A program made the translations under genes and the position numbers. The notes below the pieces were generated by a model. It ran no database searches, had not been told where the DNA came from, and saw only the letters and a program-made list of their open reading frames with translations. Positions 13,406 through 26,487 of a stretch of 64,000 bases of DNA are shown here, one piece after another; the stretch's first letter is position 1; each line of letters begins with the position of its first letter. The DNA is from Octopus sinensis. Taxonomy: Eukaryota. The stretch spans positions 100,006,001-100,070,000 of the forward strand of contig NC_043000.1 of NCBI RefSeq assembly GCF_006345805.1, read 5' to 3'.

Positions 13406-13663
13406 ATATATATATGTATATATATATACACACATTCGTTCAATTTTAGTCGAAGTGAACTATTTTCAGATGTAGCACTCAGTATATGATATATGTGTAG
13501 AGTTTTATATTTTTTAAATTTAAACATTATCATACCAGTCATTTCAACTTCAGAGCACTTGATATTGACCTAAGGCCGAAACATTCGCTGTTTCAGTTTT
13601 TTACATTCATATATACATATACTCACGCACACATATGTGTGAGTGAATGTGTTTGCGTGTATA

Positions 13664-13704
<41 letters not shown>

Positions 13705-14074
13705 ATCTTTACCTTTTGACCGACAGATTTTAAAACATGTTTTTTTGTAACTAAATACTTTCAAACTTCGTATACTTATAGAATGTGTCACATAAAACAT
13801 CTTTTACTCTTGGCGCTGTTGAAAAAAATAGCTTCTCTTTTCTGTGGGATTGTATACAAATATACGTACGTGCTAAGTATACAAATATTCGTACATGGTA
13901 AGCATACAAACACCTATGCAGGCATATACACGCCAAAGCAAGGAAAGAAAATACCAAACAAAGAGGAACGAACAAGACGAAATCAGCTATATATGTTTTG
14001 TAAATATGGCATGTACTTCAATACCATGTACTTAAATTTAATTGTATACTATAATGACCTTTTTCATTTTCTTT

Positions 14075-14700
14075 TTAGGAGGAAAACCTGTTTTATAAAG
14101 TTGCATATTGAGTTTTATCAAGAAAAACTGAACTCTGAAAAAATTTCCAAATTTTCCTCTTTTATTAGAAGAGATTGTACATAAAGAAAATGGATGACAA
14201 AATTGTTTTGAATTGTTCCGTACAATAAACAGTTTGAAAAAAATGTATTCAGAATGCCAAGAAGTGTATGTTTAGGCTTTTCTTAAATATAAGTATACAA
14301 GAATTTTCTTTTAATGTTTAAATCAGAAGCTGGTAAACAACTCTAATAAACAACTTCAATAGCGAAATTAAGTCATGTTTTTCCTCTTTCTATTGTGTTA
14401 TATTTATCTTCAAAGAAAATGAATTTCATGCTGATGTTGATAATAAAAATAAAATTATTATTTTTCTTCGTGAAACAAGCTCTCTCCACATTCTGAATTT
14501 CACAAGCTACTGAAGAAAAAATTGTTCATTTCTTTGTCTATTGACTATAACGAGAATAAATCTACACTGGTTTACTATAAGGAAGAAAAGAAGAAATAGA
14601 TTTAGAACTACTACAAATATATATGACAAGACCGAAATCCTCAACAAGACAGAAAGAAAATCATGCACTAGCTGTTAAGAGAGTTTAAAACTGCCAAAAA
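14075..14700 (+). mobile_element. Possible very old hAT transposase C-terminal relic
   Basis: Broken peptides KLHIEFYQEKLNSEKISKF and IRKKRRNRF resemble the KLxLW...FPxL and KxKxRNRL motifs of hAT transposases; many stops. Confidence 0.3.
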
Positions 14701-14948
14701 CAAGATTATTTTCATAAGCCATGAAATGGAGGCAGAAAGAGGTTGGGTTTTTGCCTCTAAAGGATGTGTATGTATAAAGTACATATGTATTTATACAGTC
14801 AATCTAAACACTTTACAGTACTCAAATGATTCGATGCCTTTATGAGGAATCGATTCCGCGGGATAAAAAGTGACTATAAGCGGAATCAAAGTGAGTAGGT
14901 ATGGAGGCAAATTAAATATAACAGCTTGGGTTTGATATACAATATATA

Positions 14949-14982
<34 letters not shown>

Positions 14983-14986
<4 letters not shown>

Positions 14987-15385
14987 GCTGTGTGCTAAGT
15001 AGCTTGCTTACGAACCACATGGTTCCGGATTCAGTCCCACTGCGTGGCACCTTGGGCAAGTGTCTTCTACTATATCTTCGGGCCGACCAAATCCTTGTGA
15101 GTGGATTTGGTAGACAGAAATTGAAAGAAGCCCGTCGTATATATGTATTTATATATGTATGTGTGTGTATATGTTTGTGTGTCTGTGTTTGTTCCCCCAA
15201 CATCGCTTGACAACCGATGCTGGTGTGCTTACGTCCCCGTAACCTAGCGGTTCGGCAAACGAGACCGATAGAATAAGCACTAGGCTCTCAAAGAATAAGT
15301 CCTGGGGTCGATTTGCTCGACTAAAGGCGGTGCTCCAGCATGGTCATAGTCACATGACTGAAACAAGGAAAAGAGTGTAAAAGAG
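14983..15385 (+). mobile_element. SINE family A, near full length
   Basis: A/B-box-like head, CORE-like CCTTGGGCAAGTGTCTT, internal (TA/TG)n, tail GACTGAAACAAG..AAAAGAG. Confidence 0.9.
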
Positions 15386-15392
15386 AGATATA

Positions 15393-16130
15393 CTAGTAGG
15401 ACCCGTGTAAATTCTTCGGAATGGAAAAAAAAAAAAACTAAGAGGATCTATTTAAGAAAGAAAGGATGACTTGCATTTTTATAATATTCATAGTTTAGGT
15501 TTCTTTAAATATTCTTGATGTTTGTCTACATTCATTTCCTCACGTCTCCGTCGGTGTTGTCGTTTTCCTCTTTTTAGTATATCTTCTCGTTGTTCCTCTC
15601 TGATCCCTGCTTTATATCTGCGCATCCTTTCTCGGGTGGCTTGCAACCGTGTTTCTTGCGAATCCAGAGAGTAGGCTAAATAAATATCAATTTTTAAAAC
15701 CAGTAGACGATAAATAATTGCACTTATGCGAATGCAATGGTCGCTATAAAATACATTAGTTCAGTAAAAAAATAAAATACTTTTCTGTATCAACACCCCA
15801 CCACTGCTACCCGGCCCCTCTCTCTCTCTTTCTCTCTTTCTCAATGTAACTGCTCCCCTGTCTATCTCTATCTACCTTTCCTTTCAGTTAACTTAATAAT
15901 CGCGTAATAAGTATTCCTTCCCCACCTCACCGCACGTTCCCAGCACTTCTCTCTTCCTCTTTTTCTCTCGTTCTTCGCCTCTACCTTCAGCTGACCATTT
16001 AGCTTAAATGTGTTAATATTAATTACCTTTCTCTACTTCTTCCTCTCTCCTTTCTTCAATCCTCCCTCCCTCTCACTTTTACTCCAACTTTCAATCACCC
16101 CCCCCCCTCCACCTCACTAACTAACTAACC
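15393..16130 (-). mobile_element. Helitron-like fragment (3' CTAG end at 15393-15396)
   Basis: Minus strand ends with a degenerate hairpin (CCGAAGAATTTACACGG) then CTAG|T; the interior encodes an R/E-rich QETRLQATRERMRR stretch; 5' end not found. Confidence 0.4.
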
Positions 16131-16678
16131 AACCAGTGTATAGCGGGCGAACGAACAAGCAGATTATTATATATTTTGCACATCAAGCTATTACATTTAA
16201 TTTGTGTATCCGCATAATTGCATATATAAACACGTGTATGTGTATCCGGGTGTACATGAGGAATATATACCCGAAAATATAAATGTGTGTGTCTGGAGCA
16301 CATCGAGAGAAAGACCAATGGAATTTGAAGACTAATTCTAATAATATCGTTTTATTTCAGAGGAAGAATGTGCAAGAGTTAGAGTGAGATAAAGAGAGAG
16401 GCAGGGTGGGAGAAGCCCGCAAGAGCTATCGGTTAGTCGCTTGTTGTGTTGTATTATGTGGGTACGGAAAGATCAACACGAACTATTAATTAAAAATATG
16501 TTGTATTACTTTTATCTGTTAATATATTAATGATCTGAACTTTGTAAACTGATCTACAATTCTCAAGTGTTGACAGAATATAAATATTTATTGAGACATT
16601 TTTAATAAAAATGTATTGGCACATTTTAAATATATGCCTGCCGGCATGGCTAGCTGGTTAGGAAGTTCACTTAGCATC

Positions 16679-17338
16679 TATTAGGTTGTCAAGAAAGTTC
16701 TTGCGGTTTTTAACCTTTAAATTCAGATGCACATATCTCGGCTCAAACAAAACTTTATTAATCGAAATAAGCACCATCAGAATCAACACACTTTTGCCGA
16801 AGCGAAACAAGTTTATTTATGCCAGTAGCGTAAAAATCCTGCGTTCTGGTGGCGATGAAGTCGTTGAAGGCGTGTTTGGCATCGTCTTGGCCTTTGAAGT
16901 ATTTTTCACGCAGCAAGTTGTCAAGATGCTTGAAAAAGTAGTGGTCGGTAGGCGAGAAGCGTAGTGAGTATGGCGGATGAGGCAGAGTTTTGTAGCCCAA
17001 TTCGTTCAACTTCTGCACGGTCAGATGTGCGACATGCGGCTGAGCGTTGTCGTGGAGAAGAATTGGTCCTTTTCTATTGAGCAATGCAGGCTGTTGTTGC
17101 CGGAGTTTCTTATGCATTTCATCCATTTGCTGACAGTACTTCTCCGCCGTAATGGTTTCACCTGAATCAAAAAAGCTGTGATGGATGAGACCGGCCGCAG
17201 ACCACCAAACAGTCACCATAACCTTCTTTTGGTGCAACTTTAGCTTTGGTAAATGCAGTGGAGCTTCGTCGGCGTCCAACCACTGAGCTGAGCGTCGTCG
17301 GTTGTCGTAAAGAATCCACTTTTCATCGCAAGTCACAC
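16679..17338 (-). mobile_element. Mariner 3' half: stop-free catalytic-domain ORF plus 3' TIR
   Basis: VTCDEKW, HDNAQPH, HPPYSLRFSPTDH (altered YSPDL motif), KCVDSDGAYFD*; TA+TTAGGTTGTCAAGAAAGTTCTTGCGG TIR; truncated by a SINE. Confidence 0.9.
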
Positions 17339-17611
17339 TCCGGTCTCTTTTGCCGAACCACTCAGTCACGGAGACGTAAACACGCCAACACTGGTTGTCA
17401 AGCGATGGAGGACAAACACAGACACAAAGACACACATACATAGATATATGCATATACATATATACGATGGTTTCAGCTTCCTTCTACCAAGTCCATTCAT
17501 AAGGCCCGAGGCAATAGTAGAAGGCATATGCTCAAAATACCACACAGTGGGACTGAACCCGGAACCATGTAGTTGGGAAGTAAGCTTCTTACCACACAGT
17601 CACGCCTGCGC

Positions 17612-17612
<1 letters not shown>
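17339..17612 (-). mobile_element. SINE family A, partial
   Basis: CGGTCTCTTTTGCCGAACC...GGGACTGAACCCGGAACCATG...CTTACCACACAG. Confidence 0.8.
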
Positions 17613-17643
<31 letters not shown>

Positions 17644-17672
17644 GTGTGTGTGTGTTACCACACAGTCACGCC

Positions 17673-17712
<40 letters not shown>

Positions 17713-17714
17713 CG

Positions 17715-17754
<40 letters not shown>

Positions 17755-18080
17755 TGTCTTCATATTACTTAACAACCAGTGTTAGTTTATTTGCGCCTCG
17801 TATTTGTCGGTTCGGCAAAGAGATCCTTATATAATAAGTACTAGATTTTATCGAATAAATACTGGAGTCGATTTGTTCGACTAAACCCGTCTAAGAGGTA
17901 TTCCACCATTGCTGTAATCCATTGAGTTAAACACGTAAAAGAAATAAAAGGTTAACTAGTCTAGTGGAATTTTCCATGATTTTACTGTGACATTGAAATC
18001 TGCAGGATAGCAGGTCCCCACTTCAACCACAGGCGGAATTATCCGTTGTAAATAATACAATACTTATTTCTAGGTACAAA

Positions 18081-18183
<103 letters not shown>

Positions 18184-18567
18184 TATAATAATACTGCTGC
18201 TGCTGCTGCTGCTGTAAGATCTTGGTCAGACTCCGTGGTCATTGCAGCCGTCAGAACACCATAGTTTGCTTTACAGATAAAACGGATCTAGGCCTACCCT
18301 ATCTATGTAGGACATGACTTGAGGGAGTCTTACAGAATCCTCAAACCGAATGATGTAACCGATACTCTGCAGCACTGGTAACCTTAAGAGGCGAAACCAT
18401 ATCATAATTGCTCAGTTTTCTGCTCTAAATGTTAGTACTATATTTTTATTTACGGTCTAATGCAATCACTTTGTGACTGTATTGTCGTTGTTATTGTTGT
18501 AGTCGTCGTTGTCGTTGACATCGTTGTATATTATTTTTATTCATAATTTCCTCTCCCAAGACAATAT

Positions 18568-18786
18568 CTAGTTTGCATTGCTGGCATTTGATGGAATTTG
18601 TAATAGGAAACTTCTGATATTATTTGCCTTCAATTTTTTGTTTATAGTAGTTATCTGAATGCCGGCATTTGATGGAAGTTTTAATAGAAATGCTCTGATA
18701 ATATTATTTGCCATTAGATGAGTTGATACATAGTAAGTTAGCAATATTTTTGTGTATATCTGCCACGCGAATTCCTTCCAAACCAT
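18568..18786 (-). CDS. Candidate 72-aa ORF with an internal peptide repeat
   Basis: ANNIIRAFLLKLPSNAG / ANNI-RSFLLQIPSNAS; 81-bp spacing and a 3-bp indel keep the frame. Confidence 0.25.
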   Translation of the reverse strand: MVWKEFAWQIYTKILLTYYVSTHLMANNIIRAFLLKLPSNAGIQITTINKKLKANNIRSFLLQIPSNASNAN

Positions 18787-19207
18787 GACATAGTGTTTAT
18801 TATCCTTTCCACTTCATACGTACATTATTGTTTTCATTTTGTTCCTCCATTTTGCAACCATATTAACTGGAGTGCTACTTTAGTATGTATCTCTCAGTTA
18901 GATTACACATATGTCTGACAAAACTACATTAGAGGGGAAAAATGTTTATGAAAAAAAACATATTACAAAGCTTTGTCAAATTTCTCGCTAATTTGGTTGT
19001 TTTTTTTACTTTTTACTTTTTTTCTTTTCTGCTTAACGATAAGTAACCCCATTTTCTTTATTTTCGCAATTTTGTGGTTGGCAGAACTGATCGCAATATA
19101 ATTACAGAAAAATCTAAGAAAACCATGTCACATTATGATTAAAACGTTAAACAAACTATCCCTACAAAAAATTTAAATACTAAAAGTAGCATTAACACAA
19201 AACTTAC

Positions 19208-19379
19208 ATATAAATCCTGTGTAGCAAAATGATATTTGACATTCGTCATCAAACCTAGAGAATAGCAGGCGCCGGCTGTCATTGCTGATACGAATCGTTG
19301 CCATTACTGTTAATACTGTCAACAATGTTAGAATTGCTAGCAACCTTTCTGCCATTGCTGTCATCACTGATACAATCAT
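19208..19379 (-). CDS. Candidate first coding exon with signal-peptide-like N-terminus
   Basis: MIVSVMTAMAERLLAILTLLTVLTVMA...; donor AT|GTAAGT at 19207-19202; upstream motif cluster. Confidence 0.3.
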
Positions 19380-19430
19380 AAGCTGAATTACCGCCTCTTT
19401 CTGAACGATAAGTTGTGTATATGCACAAGA

Positions 19431-19536
19431 TGACGCACAATATGACGCATCACTTGACGCCAAGGAACCGTTAAGAATGCAAATAAATGCTGAAGATTAA
19501 CGAGATTCAGCTATCTGTTGAGGTTTCTGCAATTGG
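19431..19536 (-). promoter_or_regulatory. Three TGACGC (half-CRE-like) motifs at 12-bp period plus a CCAAT box
   Basis: TGACGC at 19431, 19443 and 19455; ATTGG at 19532-19536. Confidence 0.35.
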
Positions 19537-19799
19537 CTTTTTTTATTATTGATGATCGCCTTGGAATGGGGATTTTTTAATTATGAAATATTGAGCTTCA
19601 AAAGCCTTCATAAAACCATATCTAATAGGATAAATTATGTTTCACAGCGACGAAGAAAATCTTAACAGACGTACTATTACAAATAAGAAAAGTTGAATAT
19701 ATACAAGTTATGCTAAAAATGAATTCTAATCGTAGAAATATTTGTCAGCTTGCTTCAAACATGTAAGAAAATTTGATGAAAAAGAAAAACATTGGGGGA

Positions 19800-20020
19800 T
19801 AGTTGGTCCGAGTTGTTAGGGCGTCGCAGAGAATGCTTCGCGGTATTCGCTTCGACTCTCTAAGTTGAAACCCCACCAAGGCCAATTTTGACCTTCAACA
19901 TTTTGTAGTTGATAAAAAAAAGTACCAATCCAAAGCGGTGAATTGGTGGAACTGTTAGAAGGCGGGGCTGGTGCTTTGCAAAATTCATTCCGGTTCTTTC
20001 CGAGTTCAAATTCTGCCATG
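19800..20020 (+). mobile_element. Degenerate SINE family B copies
   Basis: GACCTTCAACATTTTGTAGTTGATAAAAAAAAGTACC and GAGTTCAAATTCTGCC motifs. Confidence 0.5.
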
Positions 20021-20208
20021 GCCTACTTGGGTGATATACATAATGTCACTCGGTTTAGTAGCATGCCTGGGTACCTTTAGTGGTGTCAATTCTGTTGTTA
20101 AGCATTCAGACCAGGTCTCCGGTTTGAAGATACCTTCCCACATCTCTTTCTCACCAATCTCTGTAGCCTTGTAAATGGTCATGGGCAGAGCGGATAATCC
20201 TGACTAAA

Positions 20209-20278
<70 letters not shown>

Positions 20279-20399
20279 ATCTATCTATCTATATATATAT
20301 CTGTCTGTCTGTTTGTCTACCTATCTACCTATCTATCTATATGTGTGTGTGATCGTGTGTCTGGGTAGGTGGGTTTGTGTGTGTGAGTGAGTGAGCCGC

Positions 20400-22130
20400 G
20401 AATGGGTAAAATCAAGTTACTTTGAAAATACAACTTTCAGCATACTCGTTCGTTCTTTAGCTCTATAAAAAATTAAATCAAAACAGCCTATAGCACATAC
20501 GCACATGTATTTAAGAATTTGTGTTATATGTTGTTAAATAATTTGACTTTGTTATCTACATCAGATATAGTTTGAAGAATTTTTCTTTGAGCAAAGACAT
20601 CTTACACAAAATATCATACCACTTAAATATCTCATTATAGTGAATTCATTATCTAATACCTGTATCTCTATGGCTCATCAAGAAAAGCTCTTACAAATAA
20701 TTGTCAACAGATCTCCAGTAATATGAAAAGAATTCATTCTAAGAGTCCTTATAATACATGGTCCTTTCTGCAGCCTGTTTCAAACTTTGTTTTACCACAA
20801 TCGTATATACCTAGAAGATTCCTAACTGAAGATTACTGATTGCTTCAAATATTTAGTTACCATAGTAACATTCTTTATAAAAGGATTGTCGACATATATC
20901 CAAAAGACTGGGTAAATCTGGAGGAGAAATTTTATAGGAAAAGGTGTACTCAGTTTGCTAAATTGAAAATGCATGCATCCATGATTAACACATTTCTACA
21001 ATACAATATTTGAAGTACAACAACAAAAAGAAGACAAGTATATACTAACAGCTTCAAATAGGTTTCCTGCGGTAAAACTTGTGGCTATATGAATAGGAAT
21101 TTGTCGATAATCATCAAGTATCCAACAGTTATATAAAATTTGAAACCAAAATTCTGTATACTGCATTCTTGTGGTATTTTGCCAATCTCTTCTTCAAAGA
21201 TTACAGAATTCATTTTTCGACATTATATTGGAAACAGCTTAGTAGACATTACATCGCACATCAGCCAAGGAAGATGCACAAAAAGAAATCAAATTAAGGG
21301 AGCATAACTAGAAATCACAGTAACCTGAAACAAATAACAGGTCTGATTTACTAGGACAAATAAGTCTCTCCAAAACTCCAAAGTTGAGTAACGATTTCAT
21401 GCTTGGATTTGTAAGCTACGATAAGAATAACACTGGTCGACAAAAAATTTGCTCCAAGGAAAAGAATACCTGCATCTTATATATTTTTGCATGCAGAATT
21501 CAATAATAATGTCAAATTATCTGTATTACCCACAGGTTCTCTGTTCCACGACATACCTCTCAGTTCCTGTTACGTGGGCTAAATTTTAGTTAAGCTGTTG
21601 AAATGTGAAGCTAACGGATTAAGAAATACTCCTAATTAAAATTTTTTATGAATAGAATTTACCTTATGAAATCATAAATCCAGCTATCTGAGTCAATGAG
21701 TCCCCAAAATATATGAAATTAAAAAATATGTAAAAATACTAACACACAGAAAAAGCACAGAAAATTCTAACACACAGAAGCACAGAAAAATATGTAATAT
21801 ACAACACATAGAAAAATTAAAACAAAACACGCAGGCGAAAAGAATCTCGTGGCATGAAGAATCAAGTGTGAAAAATCAACATAGACAACAATGGCACAGA
21901 AAACAGTGAATCACAACACAGCATGTGGTTGTCATGGTAACAAGCTGCTAATACCATGCTGTCTGTTGATTGGGTAAAATTACCCAAATTTCCCAACTTT
22001 AATTCCAAATAACATCGGATTCTTTAATTTACGAGATAAAGTAATTGGTTAATCGTAATCAAAATTCAGAGTTGCATCGATACATCAAAATTGAAAGCAA
22101 TCTGAGCAAAATTAAGGGGGCTCATTTTGC
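20400..22130 (-). mobile_element. Possible old DNA-transposon (piggyBac-like) relic
   Basis: Subterminal palindrome TTGGGTAAAATTACCCAA (21970), TTAAGGGG near 22112, weak Cys-rich C-terminal-like peptides on the - strand. Confidence 0.25.
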
Positions 22131-22532
22131 GAATGAGAAAGACTAGATCCGACTGATGAAAAAAGAATATTGCTCAACAATAATGAGGATATAATATATG
22201 GTTGTCAATGAACGACATTTGAGAACGACAGTGATAGAATTCTTTCCATTGTGCATCAATGATGATTTTGCAAAGGCATTACTTTATGCCAAAGTACCCA
22301 TATATGCCACTTGAAGCTGTAGTAAGAAAGATTAAATAATTTGACTTTGTTATCTATATCAGATATAGTTTGAAGAATCTTTCTTTGAACAAAGACATCT
22401 GAACTGTATTATTTAAGAATTTTATTACATGAAGTTCGAAATAGTATTTTTCCTTTCCTGTCGTGCGTTGACATTTTCAGCCTGGAGTGGTTGTAACCCA
22501 ACAGGTCATGGCAGGTACATCTAGTGTATACG

Positions 22533-22589
<57 letters not shown>

Positions 22590-22619
22590 CTACATATATA
22601 TATTTATATATATATTTGT

Positions 22620-22850
22620 GTGTGTGTACGTCTTTGTGTCTGTGTTTGTCCCCCGACCATCGCTTGACCCCCGATGTTGGTGTGTTTATGTTCCCGTAAC
22701 CTAGCGGTTTCGGCAAAAGAGACCGATAAAATAAGTAGTAGGTTTACAAAGAACAAGTCATGGGGTAGATTTCTTCCATTAAAACCCTTTAATGTGGTGC
22801 TCCAGCATGGCCGTAGTCAAATGACAGAAATACGTAAAAGAATAACAGAA
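22620..22850 (+). mobile_element. SINE family A, 3' half
   Basis: GTCTGTGTTTGTCCCC...CGGCAAAAGAGACCGATA...GGTGCTCCAGCATGGCC. Confidence 0.8.
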
Positions 22851-23290
22851 CATATATATATATATGCATGCATGTATGTATGTATGTATGTATGTATGTA
22901 TGTATGTATGTATGTATGTATTAGAATATTTTACGTAATCCTAGGGAGATATCTGAGTTAAAGTGTTGATAGGCGATCTGCTGTTGTTTAATGATTTGTA
23001 AGTAAAGCCAGAGCCTAATGTATAGAGCCATTTATTGAGCGACTGACCATCTGACATCAAACTGAAGCTGAATGTTAATCGGCTTCAGCATTTGATGTGA
23101 CTCTACCTATTATTGCTTCTTTCATTCATGTTATTATGGCTATAATTGCGCGTTAATATTATTGCTCTGCTTACTGTTCAACACTGGTATTCTCTCGTTA
23201 TCATATTTGCTCACATTTTATGTTGCTACTTCAACTGAGCATAGCAAGATATTTATAAATCTCTTGCGTGTATGTATGTATGTATGTATG

Positions 23291-23324
<34 letters not shown>

Positions 23325-24549
23325 TGTATGTATGTATGTATGTATGCCAAGTGAGTTATGTCAGGCCTAGCATATGTCTACTACTGGTATCATGTTAAAC
23401 AGTACTATCTGCCTCATAACTGGAGTGTCGGTAACTAAATCGACAGTTCTACATGGATATGTTTTTCGAAAAGGAGACGGATGCGTGCACACCCAGCAGA
23501 ACAAAAAGCAGAATCGTTCAAAAAGGCGGACCTACCACCAATCACTGCAACTGACTCCACCGCCAGTTATTAATAGCATCTTGCCATTGGGTACAGAAGG
23601 GCTAAGACTGTTGTTTCTGAGGTGGGTTCTTTACTGTACTTTAACCAAGCTGTGGTGGATTATTACGGGTAGGTCTAGCTTGTGTTTTTGCAGTTTGAAC
23701 TGAGGGGTTCACACCTTCCTTTCTGACTATAAGATTAAAAAATATAAAGACGTTCACACAAACCTACACATGTATACATACACTGGCATACATCCACTAT
23801 GTGTACATATGATAACACATTCAGACATGCATGTAACTAGTTATAAAATAAAACAATCAGTAATACCACTTCTAGAAAATAAAAACTGACAAGTTTTATA
23901 GACAACAGCGAACAAAGAATGAATTAGTAAATGAAACTACGATAACTGTAGACAACTTCTTAATGTTTTAAAACTGTGAATGGTAACGGTAGCCGTTAAC
24001 AGGAAAATGAACCTCACTTAATGCATATAATATTAGTCTAAATACCGATAGAAGATAGTTACTGCTTAATGAGTGCGCTGGCGTGATATCCCAATCATAA
24101 GAAAAAGTGTTCAGTATAAATAAGCTATATACTGTACACTATTTGTCGAATACACATTTCCCCTTTCATTAACATACACTGACATTTGAATGTATACCTG
24201 CATAATACACACGCACCAGCGCACCCACACACATACGCACACACACACACACACATATATACTTATTTACATAGATACATATACATGCATGCTCATAAAT
24301 ATATATACAATTTTTTCTGTTGTCTACATTTTTATATAATATCAATTCATCTGTTGTTACTTATACTAATTCCAGAACACTTCTCTACTGACCATATATA
24401 CAGTAAGTTATTCAATATGAATTTCCCGAAAGTGAGCTACATCTGCACAATAAATTTAAAATACACTATTCGAATAACGTACCTAGAAACCACAACCGAA
24501 TACGGATTTAAATGCAACGGATTAAAGCCTAATTGTTAAGTGGAAGAAA

Positions 24550-24888
24550 TTAAATATTATCTGGCATTGGCACTTCATCGCTTACAACGAAGGTTTAAGA
24601 TACATCGATCAACGGTACAGCCTGCTCGTAAAATTAATTTGCATGTGATTGAGCACTCCACAGATATGCATACCCTTAACGTAGTTCGCAGTGTGATTCA
24701 GCGTAACACCAAATGTAACAAGACTGGCCTTTCGAATTACAGGTACTGCTCACTTTTGGCAGCAAAGTTAACTAGAACAACGTGAAATGGAATGTCTTGC
24801 TCAAGGATACAACGCGCTGCCTAGAATCGAACTCGTGACCTTATAATCGTGAGCCGAATACCTTAACTACTAAGCTACCCGCCTTCAC
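24550..24888 (-). mobile_element. tRNA-derived SINE family C
   Basis: Minus strand GAAGGCGGGTAGCTTAGTAGTTAAGG...GAGTTCGATTC (B box)...GTATCCTTGAGCAAGAC. Confidence 0.7.
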
Positions 24889-25687
24889 TTCCGAGACATA
24901 GGAAAGAATTTATTTCTTAAAAACTGTAAAAACTGTAAACAAGTTTAAAATCCGATGGAGTTACGGCATGAAAATAAATAGTGGAATCACACCAATGTCA
25001 ACATAAATAGAGCAATAAAATGAATTAACGTAAGGGAAAGAACTAAAATTTATGTATATCAAATACAAAATAATATTTTTGAAATGAACGGAATGACATT
25101 TGAAATTTATGACGTACTCTACAAGCTGAGATAAAGTAAACACTGGAACGACCATTAGAAAGCGTTAAACTAATAAATTAAACAAGATATGGCTTAATCG
25201 GTAAAATAATGCCGAACCACCTAGTGAAAATGATAAAGGAATATACGACTCTAGTAAGATATGATTCAGCAAAATAGGACAAATGAAATAGGATAAATGA
25301 AAGCAAGACAATTTCTGAATTTGTATATGAAAAGCGAAATATAGATAAAACGTTTTAGAAAAAGTATTATTACAAAATCGACAATCAAACAAAGAGCATC
25401 CTCTTAATTGGTCATTGAAAGTAATATGTCAAGCAGATATTGCTTAATTAAGAACGAGCTGTAAAAAGGATAAATATGCAAATGTAACTATCCACTACGG
25501 TGATAGTTTTCAAGATTGTTTTATTTCATATTTGAGTACTCTATGTTGCTGATTATGGAAGGAAAACGGATATCAATAGCATATTTATTTTTATTGCACT
25601 CAGTGTAATATCTATATGTATGTATATATGCATGTATGCATTTATGTACACTTGTAAATATATATATATATATATATATAATATATA

Positions 25688-25730
<43 letters not shown>

Positions 25731-26487
25731 ATATATATATGTAAATATATGCATGTACATATGTGTGTATAAATGTATGTACTGAGCGTAAGCTGTATAC
25801 ATGTGTATATTTAACCACAGTATCTGTTTGTAGAAAGCTTTTGAATTTGATTCGACTACTTACCCTTGACATTATACTCACCTTCTTTATACGCCTTTAC
25901 AGTGCATACAACTTCTTCAATATATAAACCTCACATTTACTTTATAAGAGCTTAAGATTAGAAAGTTTACTTCTAAACACATCTTTCTTTAGGAATTAAT
26001 CCGCGCTGTGCTTTTAACAGGAACTAATCTAAGATATGCCTTTACCAGGAATTAATATACGATACGTCGTTGCCAATACTCTTTTGAAATTTCTCTTCCA
26101 AGGAATACTTCAGAAGTCTTCCTTGCTCTATCCTCGATACCACTATGGACATTTCTTTGAAAGGGACAATCGTCTTTTGTGCATGTTTCTACGATCGTTC
26201 TTTATCCCCATTTCCAAGTTCTATAAAAGTTCAGCACCGTTCTTTACCAACAGTCATGGTTGATTAATGAAAGAACACGTAACTGAATAATCGCTAATTA
26301 CAATATCAGCTTAATTAGATTTTTACCCTCGTTCTCTCTCTCTCTCTCTCGTTCTCTCTCTCCCCCTTCTCTCTCTCTCTCTATATATATATATGTGTAT
26401 ATATATATATATGTATATTCATATATGTTTATATCAGAGAAGAAGTGAAATCTTATATTATCATCATCATCATGATTATTATTATTA

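Noticed and set aside
14983-15060. tRNA-like A/B boxes in SINE heads
   Set aside because: Part of multi-copy SINEs with no complete cloverleaf; not tRNA genes
25858-25882. Two adjacent minus-strand donor consensus sites (GGTGAGT, GGTAAGT)
   Set aside because: No open frame or clear acceptor upstream
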